Below, one piece after another: positions 1 through 8,730 of a stretch of DNA of 20,070 nucleotides. A program made the position numbers and the translations under genes. This stretch comes from an uncultured virus (IMG/VR IMGVR_UViG_3300032295_003347). Taxonomy: Duplodnaviria; Heunggongvirae; Uroviricota; Caudoviricetes. Every line of letters begins with the position of its first letter. Position 1 is the stretch's first letter. A model generated the notes under the pieces. It ran no database searches. It was not told where the DNA came from and was given only the letters and a program-made list of their open reading frames with translations. Location of the stretch: IMG/VR virus record IMGVR_UViG_3300032295_003347. One strand, given 5' to 3'.

Positions 1-4
1 AGGC

Positions 5-556
5 GTGGCTGCCGTACGTAACCTTGGCAATGCAGTAGAAGCCTCCCCCTCAACTACCAGGCAACTAGCAGAGATGCTGGTGCCCAATTCACTATTAGCA
101 GGTGGTCTCACCTACATGGGTACTGGAGATCTCGGTCAAGCGGCACTGGCAGCTGGACTGGATTTTGGTGTTGGTGCAGGTGGTGTTGCACTAGCTGGTC
201 GGTTTGCTCCAGGTCGCTCTGGTACGTTGACTTATAGGAACAAAGAAGGTAAAGAAATTTCTCAAAGTCATTATCAACCTTCTATGCCGCAAAATATTGC
301 GATGGGTGCATCGCCTGTGGTATCAACCCTACTTCTTGCGGGCATGCAACCTCCTTATAAACCGCAAAACCAAGAGCAAGTTGCTGCTCAACAAGATGCG
401 CAAAGACAAGCCGTTAATAACCTTCAACAGGAACTAACCGTCCCTGGAACTAACTTCCAAATTCAAGGCTTACCTCAACGTGCATTAACAGGTGAACAAT
501 CTTATGTTGCACCTAACGTCCTTGATCCTTATGGGCTATCCAGGGGCATGATGTAA
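5..556 (+). CDS. Gly/Ala-rich hypothetical protein with hydrophobic segments (possibly 5'-truncated)
   Basis: 183-aa ORF whose frame is open at the window edge; TAA 554-556 overlaps the next ATG (TAATG). Confidence 0.75.
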   Translation: MAAVRNLGNAVEASPSTTRQLAEMLVPNSLLAGGLTYMGTGDLGQAALAAGLDFGVGAGGVALAGRFAPGRSGTLTYRNKEGKEISQSHYQPSMPQNIAMGASPVVSTLLLAGMQPPYKPQNQEQVAAQQDAQRQAVNNLQQELTVPGTNFQIQGLPQRALTGEQSYVAPNVLDPYGLSRGMM

Positions 557-1521
557 TGTTTGCAAAAAATTTACTTTCAGATATTCCAGAAAAACTGCAA
601 CAAGTTAGTCAAAGCTTTGTTTCAGGTGTCAGAAAAGCGGATGCTGTTCAACGTAGGCAGGTTAAAGAAACTGGATCCAACTACGGACAAAGTATTTTCG
701 ACCCTCGGTTCCGCTCTAAACTACAAGGTCAAGGCGTAAGTTTTAAAAACAACCCGGCCGAATTCCTTGGCGCATATGCATCCAGGGGTTTAGTTGATAT
801 TGCTGCTGATGGCACACGCACTTACTTTTGGCGTTACAATCATCCCCTTGCAATTTCTTCTGGGTTAAGCGAACTATACCTAGGTAACTACACACGTTCT
901 GCTACGGGTAAGGGAGCAATTGCTGCAGGTATCAGCTTCCCAGCCATTGCAGCTGCTGGTACTTACGACATTACAAATCCCGGGGAGATGTTCCGTCCCA
1001 AGGGATATGCACAGCGGTATAGCGAAGAAGGAACTGATGATCGTCGTCAAACCACTCAACCAGGTGCTGAGTTATTTGAACGTTTCTTCCTGGGACGTAC
1101 TGGTGATCCTCTTAAGTACGAAACGGCAAAACAAGATATTCCTGACCTAACACCTGAGCGCTGGGGCAACTACCAACGATTCCTGTACCAGGACAAAGGA
1201 CTACTCGGTCTTGGTGTCTTAAAAGGAACAATGGAGAATCTGGAGGGCAACCCAGAGGTTCGCCTTCTTGGCTTCCCCGCCAACATCCCAATGGCAGGTG
1301 GTTTTGTTGGCGGCACACTTGCAGCAAAAGCAGCGTTATCCCAAAAGACTCCCGTTAATACACCCAACCGTCCAGCACGTCGCCTCGCAGGTGGCTTTGC
1401 TGCTGCAGTTGGTGGTTCCATTGGCGGTGTGCTACTTGGTAATGCGGTCAATGAAGTTATCGCAATGGGCAATCGCCCCACCTACCCATCTACTAATACT
1501 TACGATCAGAATATAAGCTGA
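556..1521 (+). CDS. Hypothetical protein with C-terminal glycine-zipper-like segments, putative virion protein
   Basis: 321-aa ORF, translationally coupled; GGFVGGTLAA and GGFAAAVGGSIGGVLLG segments. Confidence 0.8.
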   Translation: MFAKNLLSDIPEKLQQVSQSFVSGVRKADAVQRRQVKETGSNYGQSIFDPRFRSKLQGQGVSFKNNPAEFLGAYASRGLVDIAADGTRTYFWRYNHPLAISSGLSELYLGNYTRSATGKGAIAAGISFPAIAAAGTYDITNPGEMFRPKGYAQRYSEEGTDDRRQTTQPGAELFERFFLGRTGDPLKYETAKQDIPDLTPERWGNYQRFLYQDKGLLGLGVLKGTMENLEGNPEVRLLGFPANIPMAGGFVGGTLAAKAALSQKTPVNTPNRPARRLAGGFAAAVGGSIGGVLLGNAVNEVIAMGNRPTYPSTNTYDQNIS

Positions 1522-1556
1522 TAAAATTAAGGTAATAAATAAATCATAAGGTTCAG

Positions 1557-2357
1557 ATGATCAACGAAATGGGACTGACTCCCTCCAACAAACCGGACCC
1601 TAATGCATTTGAACAGTTGATGAACCTGCTTAACAGCGGTACAACTGCATCTAGAGAATTTATTGATGCAAATCGTGGTGGTCTTGGTAGAGCCGCTCGT
1701 TACGCCCCTGGTGCTTCTGTTGCCGTTGGTGAGCTTGCCCAAGGTGACGTGATGGGTGCTATTGGCGCTGCAGGTGGTGCGTATGCCGCAGGTCAAGCAA
1801 TGAAAGGCTTGGCAGGCGCTATCCCGGCAGTTGGTCTTCCCGGTATGCTTGCCAAAGGTGCGCTGTATGCAGGTGGTAGCCTCCTTGGTTCTAGCCTTGG
1901 TGCACAACTCGGTTCAGGTGTTGGTGCTCTCGGCAACCAGTTAATTGGTGGCACGCAAAACGCGGTGGGTGATGCAGCTAACGCAATCGCTGGTACTCAA
2001 CGTGAAGCAGGTACTGCTGCTGGCACTGGCAAAGAAGCTGGCCTTGGTGGCATGAGTCAACAAGAGCTGAACCAAATGCTTGCCCTTAAGCAAATGGGCG
2101 TGAACATGCCTGCCGAAGCCTTGGAGCGCAGCTTCCAAATCACGAATAAAATGAAAGATCGTGATGTGGGCCGTCAGATGCAAATGAACCAGCAGCTGGC
2201 AGGGTTAACTGCACAACTCCAGCGCAACCAGGGTGCCATGCAACTTGCTGGTAGCGCAATGAATATCGGAGGCCAACTCACCTCGCAGATGCTGACATCT
2301 AATCCTTACCAAGCTTCCGTGCTACAGACCGGTGGCATTCGCGGCCCCCTGGGCTGA
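1557..2357 (+). CDS. Glycine-zipper, Gln/Met-rich protein, putative internal virion/ejection protein
   Basis: 266 aa; GxxxG run GSLLGSSLGAQLGSGVGALG followed by a Q-rich helical tail. Confidence 0.75.
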   Translation: MINEMGLTPSNKPDPNAFEQLMNLLNSGTTASREFIDANRGGLGRAARYAPGASVAVGELAQGDVMGAIGAAGGAYAAGQAMKGLAGAIPAVGLPGMLAKGALYAGGSLLGSSLGAQLGSGVGALGNQLIGGTQNAVGDAANAIAGTQREAGTAAGTGKEAGLGGMSQQELNQMLALKQMGVNMPAEALERSFQITNKMKDRDVGRQMQMNQQLAGLTAQLQRNQGAMQLAGSAMNIGGQLTSQMLTSNPYQASVLQTGGIRGPLG

Positions 2358-2372
2358 TAGGAGGTTATCACA

Positions 2373-2819
2373 ATGGCTAATCTTGCTGGGGCATATCTAG
2401 AGCCGTTTAGTTTTCTAAATTCTCCTGAGTACAAAAGTCTTTCTGACTCTGACCAACAATTTGTTCGAGAGTATAATTTAAATCAATCAAAGTTTTCTAA
2501 CCCAACGGAGGCTCCTCTTCACAAAGCCCTTGGAACTTTGTTGGAACAAAGTGCGTACAATCAAACGCCAGAAGGAAGACAAAAAATTCTGGAACAACAA
2601 CTGGCGCTTGATAAAGCCCGTGGTGAGCAGCAAATGAAATATCGTATGACCAACGATATTATCTCCAATCTAGGTAAAGCTGCCTACTCAGCTTTTGGTG
2701 GCGGGCGCTTACCTTATGACTATGTAGCCCAGGGCATTGGCAATGTTGGTAATGCTTACCTAGCTGGACGCCAAGCTGTTGGCGTACCTGCTCCTGTTGT
2801 TGGACAGCGTTATTTTTAA
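2373..2819 (+). CDS. Hypothetical protein, putative virion protein
   Basis: 148 aa; AGGAGG RBS just upstream of the ATG. Confidence 0.8.
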   Translation: MANLAGAYLEPFSFLNSPEYKSLSDSDQQFVREYNLNQSKFSNPTEAPLHKALGTLLEQSAYNQTPEGRQKILEQQLALDKARGEQQMKYRMTNDIISNLGKAAYSAFGGGRLPYDYVAQGIGNVGNAYLAGRQAVGVPAPVVGQRYF

Positions 2820-2837
2820 GTAAGGTAGAATAATAAG

Positions 2838-3401
2838 ATGATCTGGGACACAAATACTTTTGGGTACGATACAACACCTGTAGCTCAGGATGTATTTAAA
2901 TCTAGTTCGTCTGTTCTAGAAAACAATCCGTTTACCAAAGGGAAAAGTAAGGGTATGGCATTTCCATGGATGGCGGCAGCTGCATTTGGTAGCAGCGCAC
3001 TCGAAGGTATCACGGGCGGTCGGCAAGCAGCTGCAGATCGTGACTTTGCCGCCCGAATGGGTAAACTGCAGGCGGAAGCAAGTTTTCAGGGCGCTTTCCG
3101 CAATGCACAGTTGGGCCAGTGGAATACAACTGTACTCCCTGGAGTTAACTATGAAATTCAAAAACAGGCCCGTAATTATGCAAATAAAGTTTTCAGGCCT
3201 GAAGAAATGTTTTTAGAGTCTGAAGAACAAAAACGAGGGTTTCGTGATATCCTTTCTCCAGAGGGTCGCGAAGTAAGTGCACGTGAACGATCAGATGCTA
3301 TTGCTCGCTCAACAGCAGATCGACGCGCTGTAACAGATGCAATGTTTGGTTCCCCGTCAACTTCTTTCTACTCAAACCCAGCCTGGATGCAGACTGCTTA
3401 A
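2838..3401 (+). CDS. Putative DNA-pilot/internal virion protein
   Basis: 187 aa; MAFPWMAAAAFGSSALEGITGG followed by an Ala/Gln helix resembles small ejection proteins. Alternative start ATG 2955. Confidence 0.7.
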   Translation: MIWDTNTFGYDTTPVAQDVFKSSSSVLENNPFTKGKSKGMAFPWMAAAAFGSSALEGITGGRQAAADRDFAARMGKLQAEASFQGAFRNAQLGQWNTTVLPGVNYEIQKQARNYANKVFRPEEMFLESEEQKRGFRDILSPEGREVSARERSDAIARSTADRRAVTDAMFGSPSTSFYSNPAWMQTA

Positions 3402-3426
3402 AATACAATAAAAGGAATTAGGAAAA

Positions 3427-4344
3427 ATGGGTGGCGGTGGCAGAACAACTGTAGAAGCTCCTAGAGAGAGTGATGAACAACGCGCTTATTATGCGCAGCT
3501 CGCAAGAGATGTTGAAAGTGCGCGCCAGAAAAAAGAACAACAGCAACAAGAAGAAACTACCCGTTTAGCCAACTTACGTACTACAGGTAAAACAAACCTT
3601 GGTACATACTCAGATATTTTCCAAAAACAACTTAAAGCTGGTGCATTAACATCCAGTGCAGCTGCTGATCAACTGAAAGATTACCAGCAGCGTTATGGTC
3701 TTGAGGCTGGTGATATCGAACCTCAGCTACAGGCTATTAAACAGTATGAGCTTGAGCAGCTTCCTACACAAAGGGAAACGCTTGTTCAACGGGCATTTCA
3801 AGACCTTCTGGGACGCAAAGCATCTGATCAAGAATTAAACACACGTCTCGGTGAAATTTCCAAGTCAGGTGGCAGGCTTGATATTAACGCAATTGCAGAC
3901 TCTCTTAAGAGCAGCGACGAGTTTAAACAAAAAGCTGGTCGTAATTATGTACAAAGGTACAACGATATTTACTTTGGCGAGGGTGAAAAGGAAATCGTTA
4001 AAGGCGCTGAAGGTGCGCCTGACTGGCAAAAGAGTACCGGGCGTTACACAATTTCCACTGGCTCACAATTTGCCCCTTCACTTGACGAAGAGACTCAAAA
4101 AACAGTCGGACTTAAGTTTGGTGCAATGCCAGACAAGTTTACTGGTAGTGTAGGCGAAATTGAGCAGATGCAACAGAAGATGCGTCAGCGGGATGAATTT
4201 GCTTACAACTCTGGTCTCACCAAATTACAAGGTCAAATTGATTCTGATATTCAAAAAATCAAAAGGGGAAGCGCCAAAGAGGTTGCTGAAATTTCATCCA
4301 AGACCGGTATCTACGGTAATCTCGTTTCTGGTTTCTTTGGGTAA
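3427..4344 (+). CDS. Coiled-coil protein with DUF4214/phycobilisome-linker-like motif
   Basis: 305 aa, AGGA-type RBS; contains LVQRAFQDLLGRKASDQEL...IADSLKSSDEF. Confidence 0.75.
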   Translation: MGGGGRTTVEAPRESDEQRAYYAQLARDVESARQKKEQQQQEETTRLANLRTTGKTNLGTYSDIFQKQLKAGALTSSAAADQLKDYQQRYGLEAGDIEPQLQAIKQYELEQLPTQRETLVQRAFQDLLGRKASDQELNTRLGEISKSGGRLDINAIADSLKSSDEFKQKAGRNYVQRYNDIYFGEGEKEIVKGAEGAPDWQKSTGRYTISTGSQFAPSLDEETQKTVGLKFGAMPDKFTGSVGEIEQMQQKMRQRDEFAYNSGLTKLQGQIDSDIQKIKRGSAKEVAEISSKTGIYGNLVSGFFG

Positions 4345-4392
4345 TAGTTGGTCTTGTTATAATTGTTTAGTTACCAAACAGAGTAGTTAACC

Positions 4393-4653
4393 ATGCCTCT
4401 TTCTAGCTCCGAGTACAATCGCCTTCTTGGTGAAATCAATGCTGCTCAAGGTGTTGGCGAAGACGTTAAAACTGAGCAACGCAAACGCCTTTTCGAGTCC
4501 GCTTACACCCCTTCCAGTTTTGACATGGGCGAATTTGTGGGTCTTCTTGATAAGCTTGAGTCCTCTAAAATGAAGCAACAACGTCAAAAGTCCGTTGAAG
4601 GCCGTCGTGACATTATGACTGGTGGCCTGGCTGGCATGATGAGCAACTTCTGA
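4393..4653 (+). CDS. Hypothetical protein
   Basis: 86-aa ORF downstream of TGTTATAAT; codon style matches neighbours. Confidence 0.8.
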   Translation: MPLSSSEYNRLLGEINAAQGVGEDVKTEQRKRLFESAYTPSSFDMGEFVGLLDKLESSKMKQQRQKSVEGRRDIMTGGLAGMMSNF

Positions 4654-4663
4654 TTTATTTTCA

Positions 4664-5041
4664 ATGACCGACGAAGAACGGCTGCAATCTTACCGCGATG
4701 CTGCGGGTGCAGCATATGACTACCAACGTAATCGCGGTGAGTACCAGAGTCGTGTCTCTGACATTGACTCCGACTCTTCTTTGGACGCTGATACAAAATC
4801 ACGTCTGAAAAAAGAAGCAGCAGACCGTTTCTATGGCACCGGTCAAGATGAAGCACGTGCTACTTTAGAACTTGGTGCTGAATTTGGCGAGAAAGCCGCC
4901 AAGTACAAAGGAGCTGAAGAACGTGCAACAATCGGAAAAGGGGCAGAAGAAACACGTGCTGGAACAGCGCAGGCTCAAGAGTTCAAGCAACGGGACGAAG
5001 AGCGCGACTACCAGCAATCGCAACGCGGCTATAGATTCTGA
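4664..5041 (+). CDS. Charged helical hypothetical protein with G(A/Q)(E/D)ExRA-like repeats
   Basis: 125 aa; GQDEARAT, GAEERAT, GAEETRAG. Confidence 0.75.
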   Translation: MTDEERLQSYRDAAGAAYDYQRNRGEYQSRVSDIDSDSSLDADTKSRLKKEAADRFYGTGQDEARATLELGAEFGEKAAKYKGAEERATIGKGAEETRAGTAQAQEFKQRDEERDYQQSQRGYRF

Positions 5042-5528
5042 GTTATTTGAAGCCTGGGTCGATAATCTCGATTCATCAACCCAGGAGTCATTCATCTCCT
5101 TTGCTCAAAATAACTACTCCGTTATTGAGTGTTATCTATATTCTCGTTTCCTTGGTTATTGCGGGTCGATTGCGTCCTGCGATGCCTGGGTTTCGTGTAA
5201 CTACCCAAAGCCTGATCACCGTAAGATTCTTCTTACTGAGATTGACGAAATGCTGGAAGACATTCGTAAACTCAGGGAAGATATTGAAACCTTTCAAATT
5301 AAACGTGATGCAGGTGTTGCGCGTATTGCAACGATGCAAAAAGAGCTACGTGGCACAATTGCACAGATTGATACTTTTACCTCTACACGAGATAGAAAGG
5401 GTTTGTTGATGGCCGGTGCAGACCGCGCCATTCGTGAACTCATGTGCATCTTCAAAGATGATCCTATCGAAGCACCTTTGCTTGAGGCATCGATGAGTGT
5501 ATGGGCAAAGATGCAACTAGACGAATAA
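4923..5528 (+). CDS. Helical/coiled-coil protein, candidate terminase small subunit
   Basis: Track ORF 4872-5528. The best start is GTG 4923 with AAGGAG at 4908-4913 (201 aa). TerS role inferred only from size, coiled coil and position upstream of TerL. Confidence 0.6.
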   Translation: MQQSEKGQKKHVLEQRRLKSSSNGTKSATTSNRNAAIDSELFEAWVDNLDSSTQESFISFAQNNYSVIECYLYSRFLGYCGSIASCDAWVSCNYPKPDHRKILLTEIDEMLEDIRKLREDIETFQIKRDAGVARIATMQKELRGTIAQIDTFTSTRDRKGLLMAGADRAIRELMCIFKDDPIEAPLLEASMSVWAKMQLDE

Positions 5529-5560
5529 ATGCATTAAACTAAACAAAAGTAATACACTAT

Positions 5561-5758
5561 ATGGGCGCCGGTAGACGTTCTATTCCAATCGCTGGCTCAA
5601 CGCCTCCCTACAGGGGCGAACAGTCGCGTTCACCCGAAGATGCCTTCCCAAGCCGCAGCGCGTCACAGGGCCCCAGCCAGCCCTCTCGTGACGTACGTCC
5701 CACCATGGGGCGCAGTGGCATTGATATGGGTGCAGGTCGTTCTACCCGTTCGTTTTAA
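5561..5758 (+). CDS. Small Arg/Ser/Pro-rich protein with repeated MGAGR motif
   Basis: 65 aa; MGAGRRS at the N-terminus and MGAGRS near the C-terminus; follows a TAAACT box. Confidence 0.65.
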   Translation: MGAGRRSIPIAGSTPPYRGEQSRSPEDAFPSRSASQGPSQPSRDVRPTMGRSGIDMGAGRSTRSF

Positions 5759-5763
5759 TTGAC

Positions 5764-5922
5764 ATGAGCAAAGGTAAAGTACCGCCCCAGTTCCTGGCAC
5801 ACCTAAAGAAAAAAGAAGCCAAGAACGAAGACGGAACCGAAATGAACGATAAGGAAAAACGTAAAGCAGCTCTGGATAAGGCGCGTAAGTACCAAGAGCA
5901 AAAACGTAAATCTAAAAAGTAG
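5764..5922 (+). CDS. Small Lys-rich protein (52 aa, not in ORF track)
   Basis: Manual translation MSKGKVPPQFLAHLKKKEAKNEDGTEMNDKEKRKAALDKARKYQEQKRKSKK; fills the gap before TerL. Confidence 0.7.
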   Translation: MSKGKVPPQFLAHLKKKEAKNEDGTEMNDKEKRKAALDKARKYQEQKRKSKK

Positions 5923-5953
5923 GTTAGTATTTAGTTACTAACCAGTTAATGCT

Positions 5954-7480
5954 GTGCCTTCTCATCTTCACTTAGCTTATCGACGTAACGCTCAAGCTGC
6001 AGTTAAGAATCACAAGGTACGTAAGCATAAGAACGAAGAGCTATTGCAAAGAGCCCGTGAAGATTTTGGGTTCTTTTGTGAATATGTAGCAGATAAAACA
6101 CCCGCACCACATCACAAACAGTGGCACCGTCACTTTGTAACAAACCAAGATAGTAGCTGCTTGGTCGGCATTGCTGGTCCCAACATTGACTTACTTGCCC
6201 CCAGGGGTAGTGCCAAGAGTACAGTCCTGGGCTTGTTTACTGCATGGGCAATTGGTGTGCACACGACAGCCAAGAAGCCTCTGCAGATTCTTTATCTTTC
6301 CTACACAGTTGATATTGCACGTTCTAAGTCTGCAACCATCAAACGAATCATTGATAGCAAACGCTATCAAGAAGTTTTTCCAACAGTCAAACTTCTCAAG
6401 AACGTAACCAGCAATGAGTACTGGTCTATTGATCACAAATTTGCTGGCATTGATGTTACCGGTGATGAACAATTTACTTTGTGCGCAGCAGGCCTGAAAG
6501 GTTCGGTGACCTCCAAGCGTAGTCACCTCATCTGTATTGATGACCCTACCAAGAGTGCAGCAGATATCTCCAACCCTGACATCAGGAAGATGATGGAGGA
6601 TAACTGGAATGCCGTTATCGCTCCCACGATGTTTGAAGGTGGACGGGCGATCTGCCTTGGTACCCGCTTCCGACATGATGACATTCATGCCACTACATTC
6701 AACGAACAAAACAACTGGACTCAAATTGTTCTTTCCGCAATCCAGGCAAATTCCAAAACAGGTGAGGAGGAATCTTATTGGCCGGAGATGTGGTCACTGG
6801 ATTACTTAAAGGAAAAGAAACGACAGGCACCTATTGCCTTTTCGTTTCAGTACATGAACAGGATTGTTCGTCAAAGCGAGCTGTCCCTGTCTCCAGAGCT
6901 GTTGGTCAAAGCGGAGATCGCAACTGAGTTTGACGCCCTTGGCGTAGGGGTTGATCTATCTGCTGGAACTAAAGAGAAAAATGATTACACCGTATTTGTG
7001 CTTGGTGGCCGCATTGGTGATTGTATTCACATTATTGATTATCGGCGCATGCGCGTCATGGGCAACCTGGAAAAACTGGATGAACTAAAAGAACTTCTTA
7101 ATGACTGGTGCATTGTTGGCCGCGATGAGCAGGGTAACTACTTCCCAACATATTCAACATGTGATGTATGGTCTGAAGCGGTGCAGTACCAGGCATCTTT
7201 GGAGGCCGATTTCAAGCGCGTGTGCCTGAATGGCGATGGTCTTTTTAACTTGATCTGGCACCCGGTCAAAGGATTCCGTGCAGACAAACTGGCACGTTTC
7301 CGTGGCATCATGGGTCTGTTTGAAGACCGTAAGATCATCTTCAACAAGTACCGTAATTTCGACACTATGTTTGAAGAGCTTACCAACTTTGGCGTAAGTG
7401 GGCACGATGATTGTGTCGATTCACTGGTCTGGTTGGTTAACGGTCTAGCTAAAAAGAGCAACTTGCAATTTGATTACTAA
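5954..7480 (+). CDS. terL: Terminase large subunit
   Basis: Walker A-like APRGSAKST, Walker B ICIDD, coupling motif LGTRFRHDD, RNase H-like nuclease residues GVDLS, DYT and HDDCVDS; GTG start. Confidence 0.95.
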   Translation: MPSHLHLAYRRNAQAAVKNHKVRKHKNEELLQRAREDFGFFCEYVADKTPAPHHKQWHRHFVTNQDSSCLVGIAGPNIDLLAPRGSAKSTVLGLFTAWAIGVHTTAKKPLQILYLSYTVDIARSKSATIKRIIDSKRYQEVFPTVKLLKNVTSNEYWSIDHKFAGIDVTGDEQFTLCAAGLKGSVTSKRSHLICIDDPTKSAADISNPDIRKMMEDNWNAVIAPTMFEGGRAICLGTRFRHDDIHATTFNEQNNWTQIVLSAIQANSKTGEEESYWPEMWSLDYLKEKKRQAPIAFSFQYMNRIVRQSELSLSPELLVKAEIATEFDALGVGVDLSAGTKEKNDYTVFVLGGRIGDCIHIIDYRRMRVMGNLEKLDELKELLNDWCIVGRDEQGNYFPTYSTCDVWSEAVQYQASLEADFKRVCLNGDGLFNLIWHPVKGFRADKLARFRGIMGLFEDRKIIFNKYRNFDTMFEELTNFGVSGHDDCVDSLVWLVNGLAKKSNLQFDY

Positions 7481-7510
7481 ACTTATAATTAAAAGAAAAG
7501 CATCAGTGTT

Positions 7511-7804
7511 GTGGGTCCGGAGTACGTAGCAATTGCATTTACGGCAGTTGTCTCTGCCATAACAGGTGGCTCCTGGGCTGCAAACAAAATTCTATTCAGA
7601 GTTCACCAGCGCCTGATTCAGTTATCAGACGACGTGATGACGCAAGAAAATAAGTTGAATAGATTACAGGAGCAGATTGGACGCATGCCAATGGACTACG
7701 TGTTGAAAGTAGATTTTTTACGTGAGATTCAGGAAATGCACGATAACTTTCGACAAATTAACACTAAGCTTGATAAGCTAATGGAAAAGCTTTTGTCAAA
7801 ATGA
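7511..7804 (+). CDS. N-terminal transmembrane plus coiled-coil protein (possibly holin-like)
   Basis: Hydrophobic YVAIAFTAVVSAITGGSWAA followed by a heptad region ending KLDKLMEKLL. Confidence 0.7.
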   Translation: MGPEYVAIAFTAVVSAITGGSWAANKILFRVHQRLIQLSDDVMTQENKLNRLQEQIGRMPMDYVLKVDFLREIQEMHDNFRQINTKLDKLMEKLLSK

Positions 7805-7983
7805 GCTACATTATCGAGGTCCAAGAAGATGAATGCGGTGATCAATTCATCACTCTTCCTGAAGAAATAACTGAAGAGCTTGGTTGGCAGGAAGGTGATA
7901 TTCTTGAATGGAATTTAAAAGGGGATGGAATTGTATTGAGTAGACTGAATGAAATAGCTGGTTACGAAGTACTGGAGGATTAA
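7801..7983 (+). CDS. AbrB/MazE/SpoVT-like domain protein
   Basis: GDQFITLPEEITEELGWQEGDILEW matches the swapped-hairpin pattern; ATGA overlap with the upstream gene. Confidence 0.8.
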   Translation: MSYIIEVQEDECGDQFITLPEEITEELGWQEGDILEWNLKGDGIVLSRLNEIAGYEVLED

Positions 7984-8730
7984 ATGATTCGTTATTACAA
8001 TGGCAATTACGGCAGTTCAGTAGGCAACCAAGCTGGCATGGAAAGTGGCGCAGGCAGGCTTGCTGGATCGCCAGGTTATATGCCATCAGAAAAAGATATT
8101 CAGGATCGCCTGTTTAGGCGTGGTATGGAAACCGATAAAGGGCGCCAAATACAAGAAAATATTCGAAGGATTCGAGAATCTTTTCCAGCTAGTTTGGGTG
8201 GTGTCAAGACAGCTCAGGCTATTCCTGGCGCCCCCGGAAATTTTGGTGGTTTAGATCAAGTAGGTATGTCAGATGCAGGTGGGGGCATGATTCCAATGCC
8301 TGGTTTTGGTGGTGGTGAAATGATGCCAATGCCTGGTTTTGCACCTTCTGATCCTGCACAACAACAAAAAATGCGTGAAAAAGCAATTCAAGATCAACGC
8401 ATGCAAGAACGTGCTGCAGCATTGAAATCCCCAATTAATTACAATCGACCAACGCCATTAAATATTGATGTAGATGCAGTACCTGGGGCCCTAGAAAAAA
8501 TTGGTGGTTCTGCTGTTATTCAATTAGATCCAAGTCAAAAAATTCGATTAGGAGGTGCATTTCTTCCGGGTTATCAAGAGCAAGGGGTACCCATCCCGCA
8601 GGAATACCGAGTAGAAGCAGGGTATTCTACGCCTTCTCTTGGTGTCAATGTTAACTATCGTCCGCGCCGGCAAGGCTCTCCTCTTGGAGGTGGAATGGGC
8701 GGTAATATTGATTTTAAAATGCCATTCTAA
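7984..8730 (+). CDS. Gly/Met/Pro-rich protein with C-terminal amphipathic beta-strand region
   Basis: 248 aa, abuts the previous stop codon; ends GGNIDFKMPF. Confidence 0.75.
   Translation: MIRYYNGNYGSSVGNQAGMESGAGRLAGSPGYMPSEKDIQDRLFRRGMETDKGRQIQENIRRIRESFPASLGGVKTAQAIPGAPGNFGGLDQVGMSDAGGGMIPMPGFGGGEMMPMPGFAPSDPAQQQKMREKAIQDQRMQERAAALKSPINYNRPTPLNIDVDAVPGALEKIGGSAVIQLDPSQKIRLGGAFLPGYQEQGVPIPQEYRVEAGYSTPSLGVNVNYRPRRQGSPLGGGMGGNIDFKMPF
8287..8341 (+). repeat. Two-copy in-frame direct repeat, 33-nt period
   Basis: ATGATTCCAATGCCTGGTTTTG at 8287 and ATGATGCCAATGCCTGGTTTTG at 8320, encoding MIPMPGF and MMPMPGF. Confidence 0.85.
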
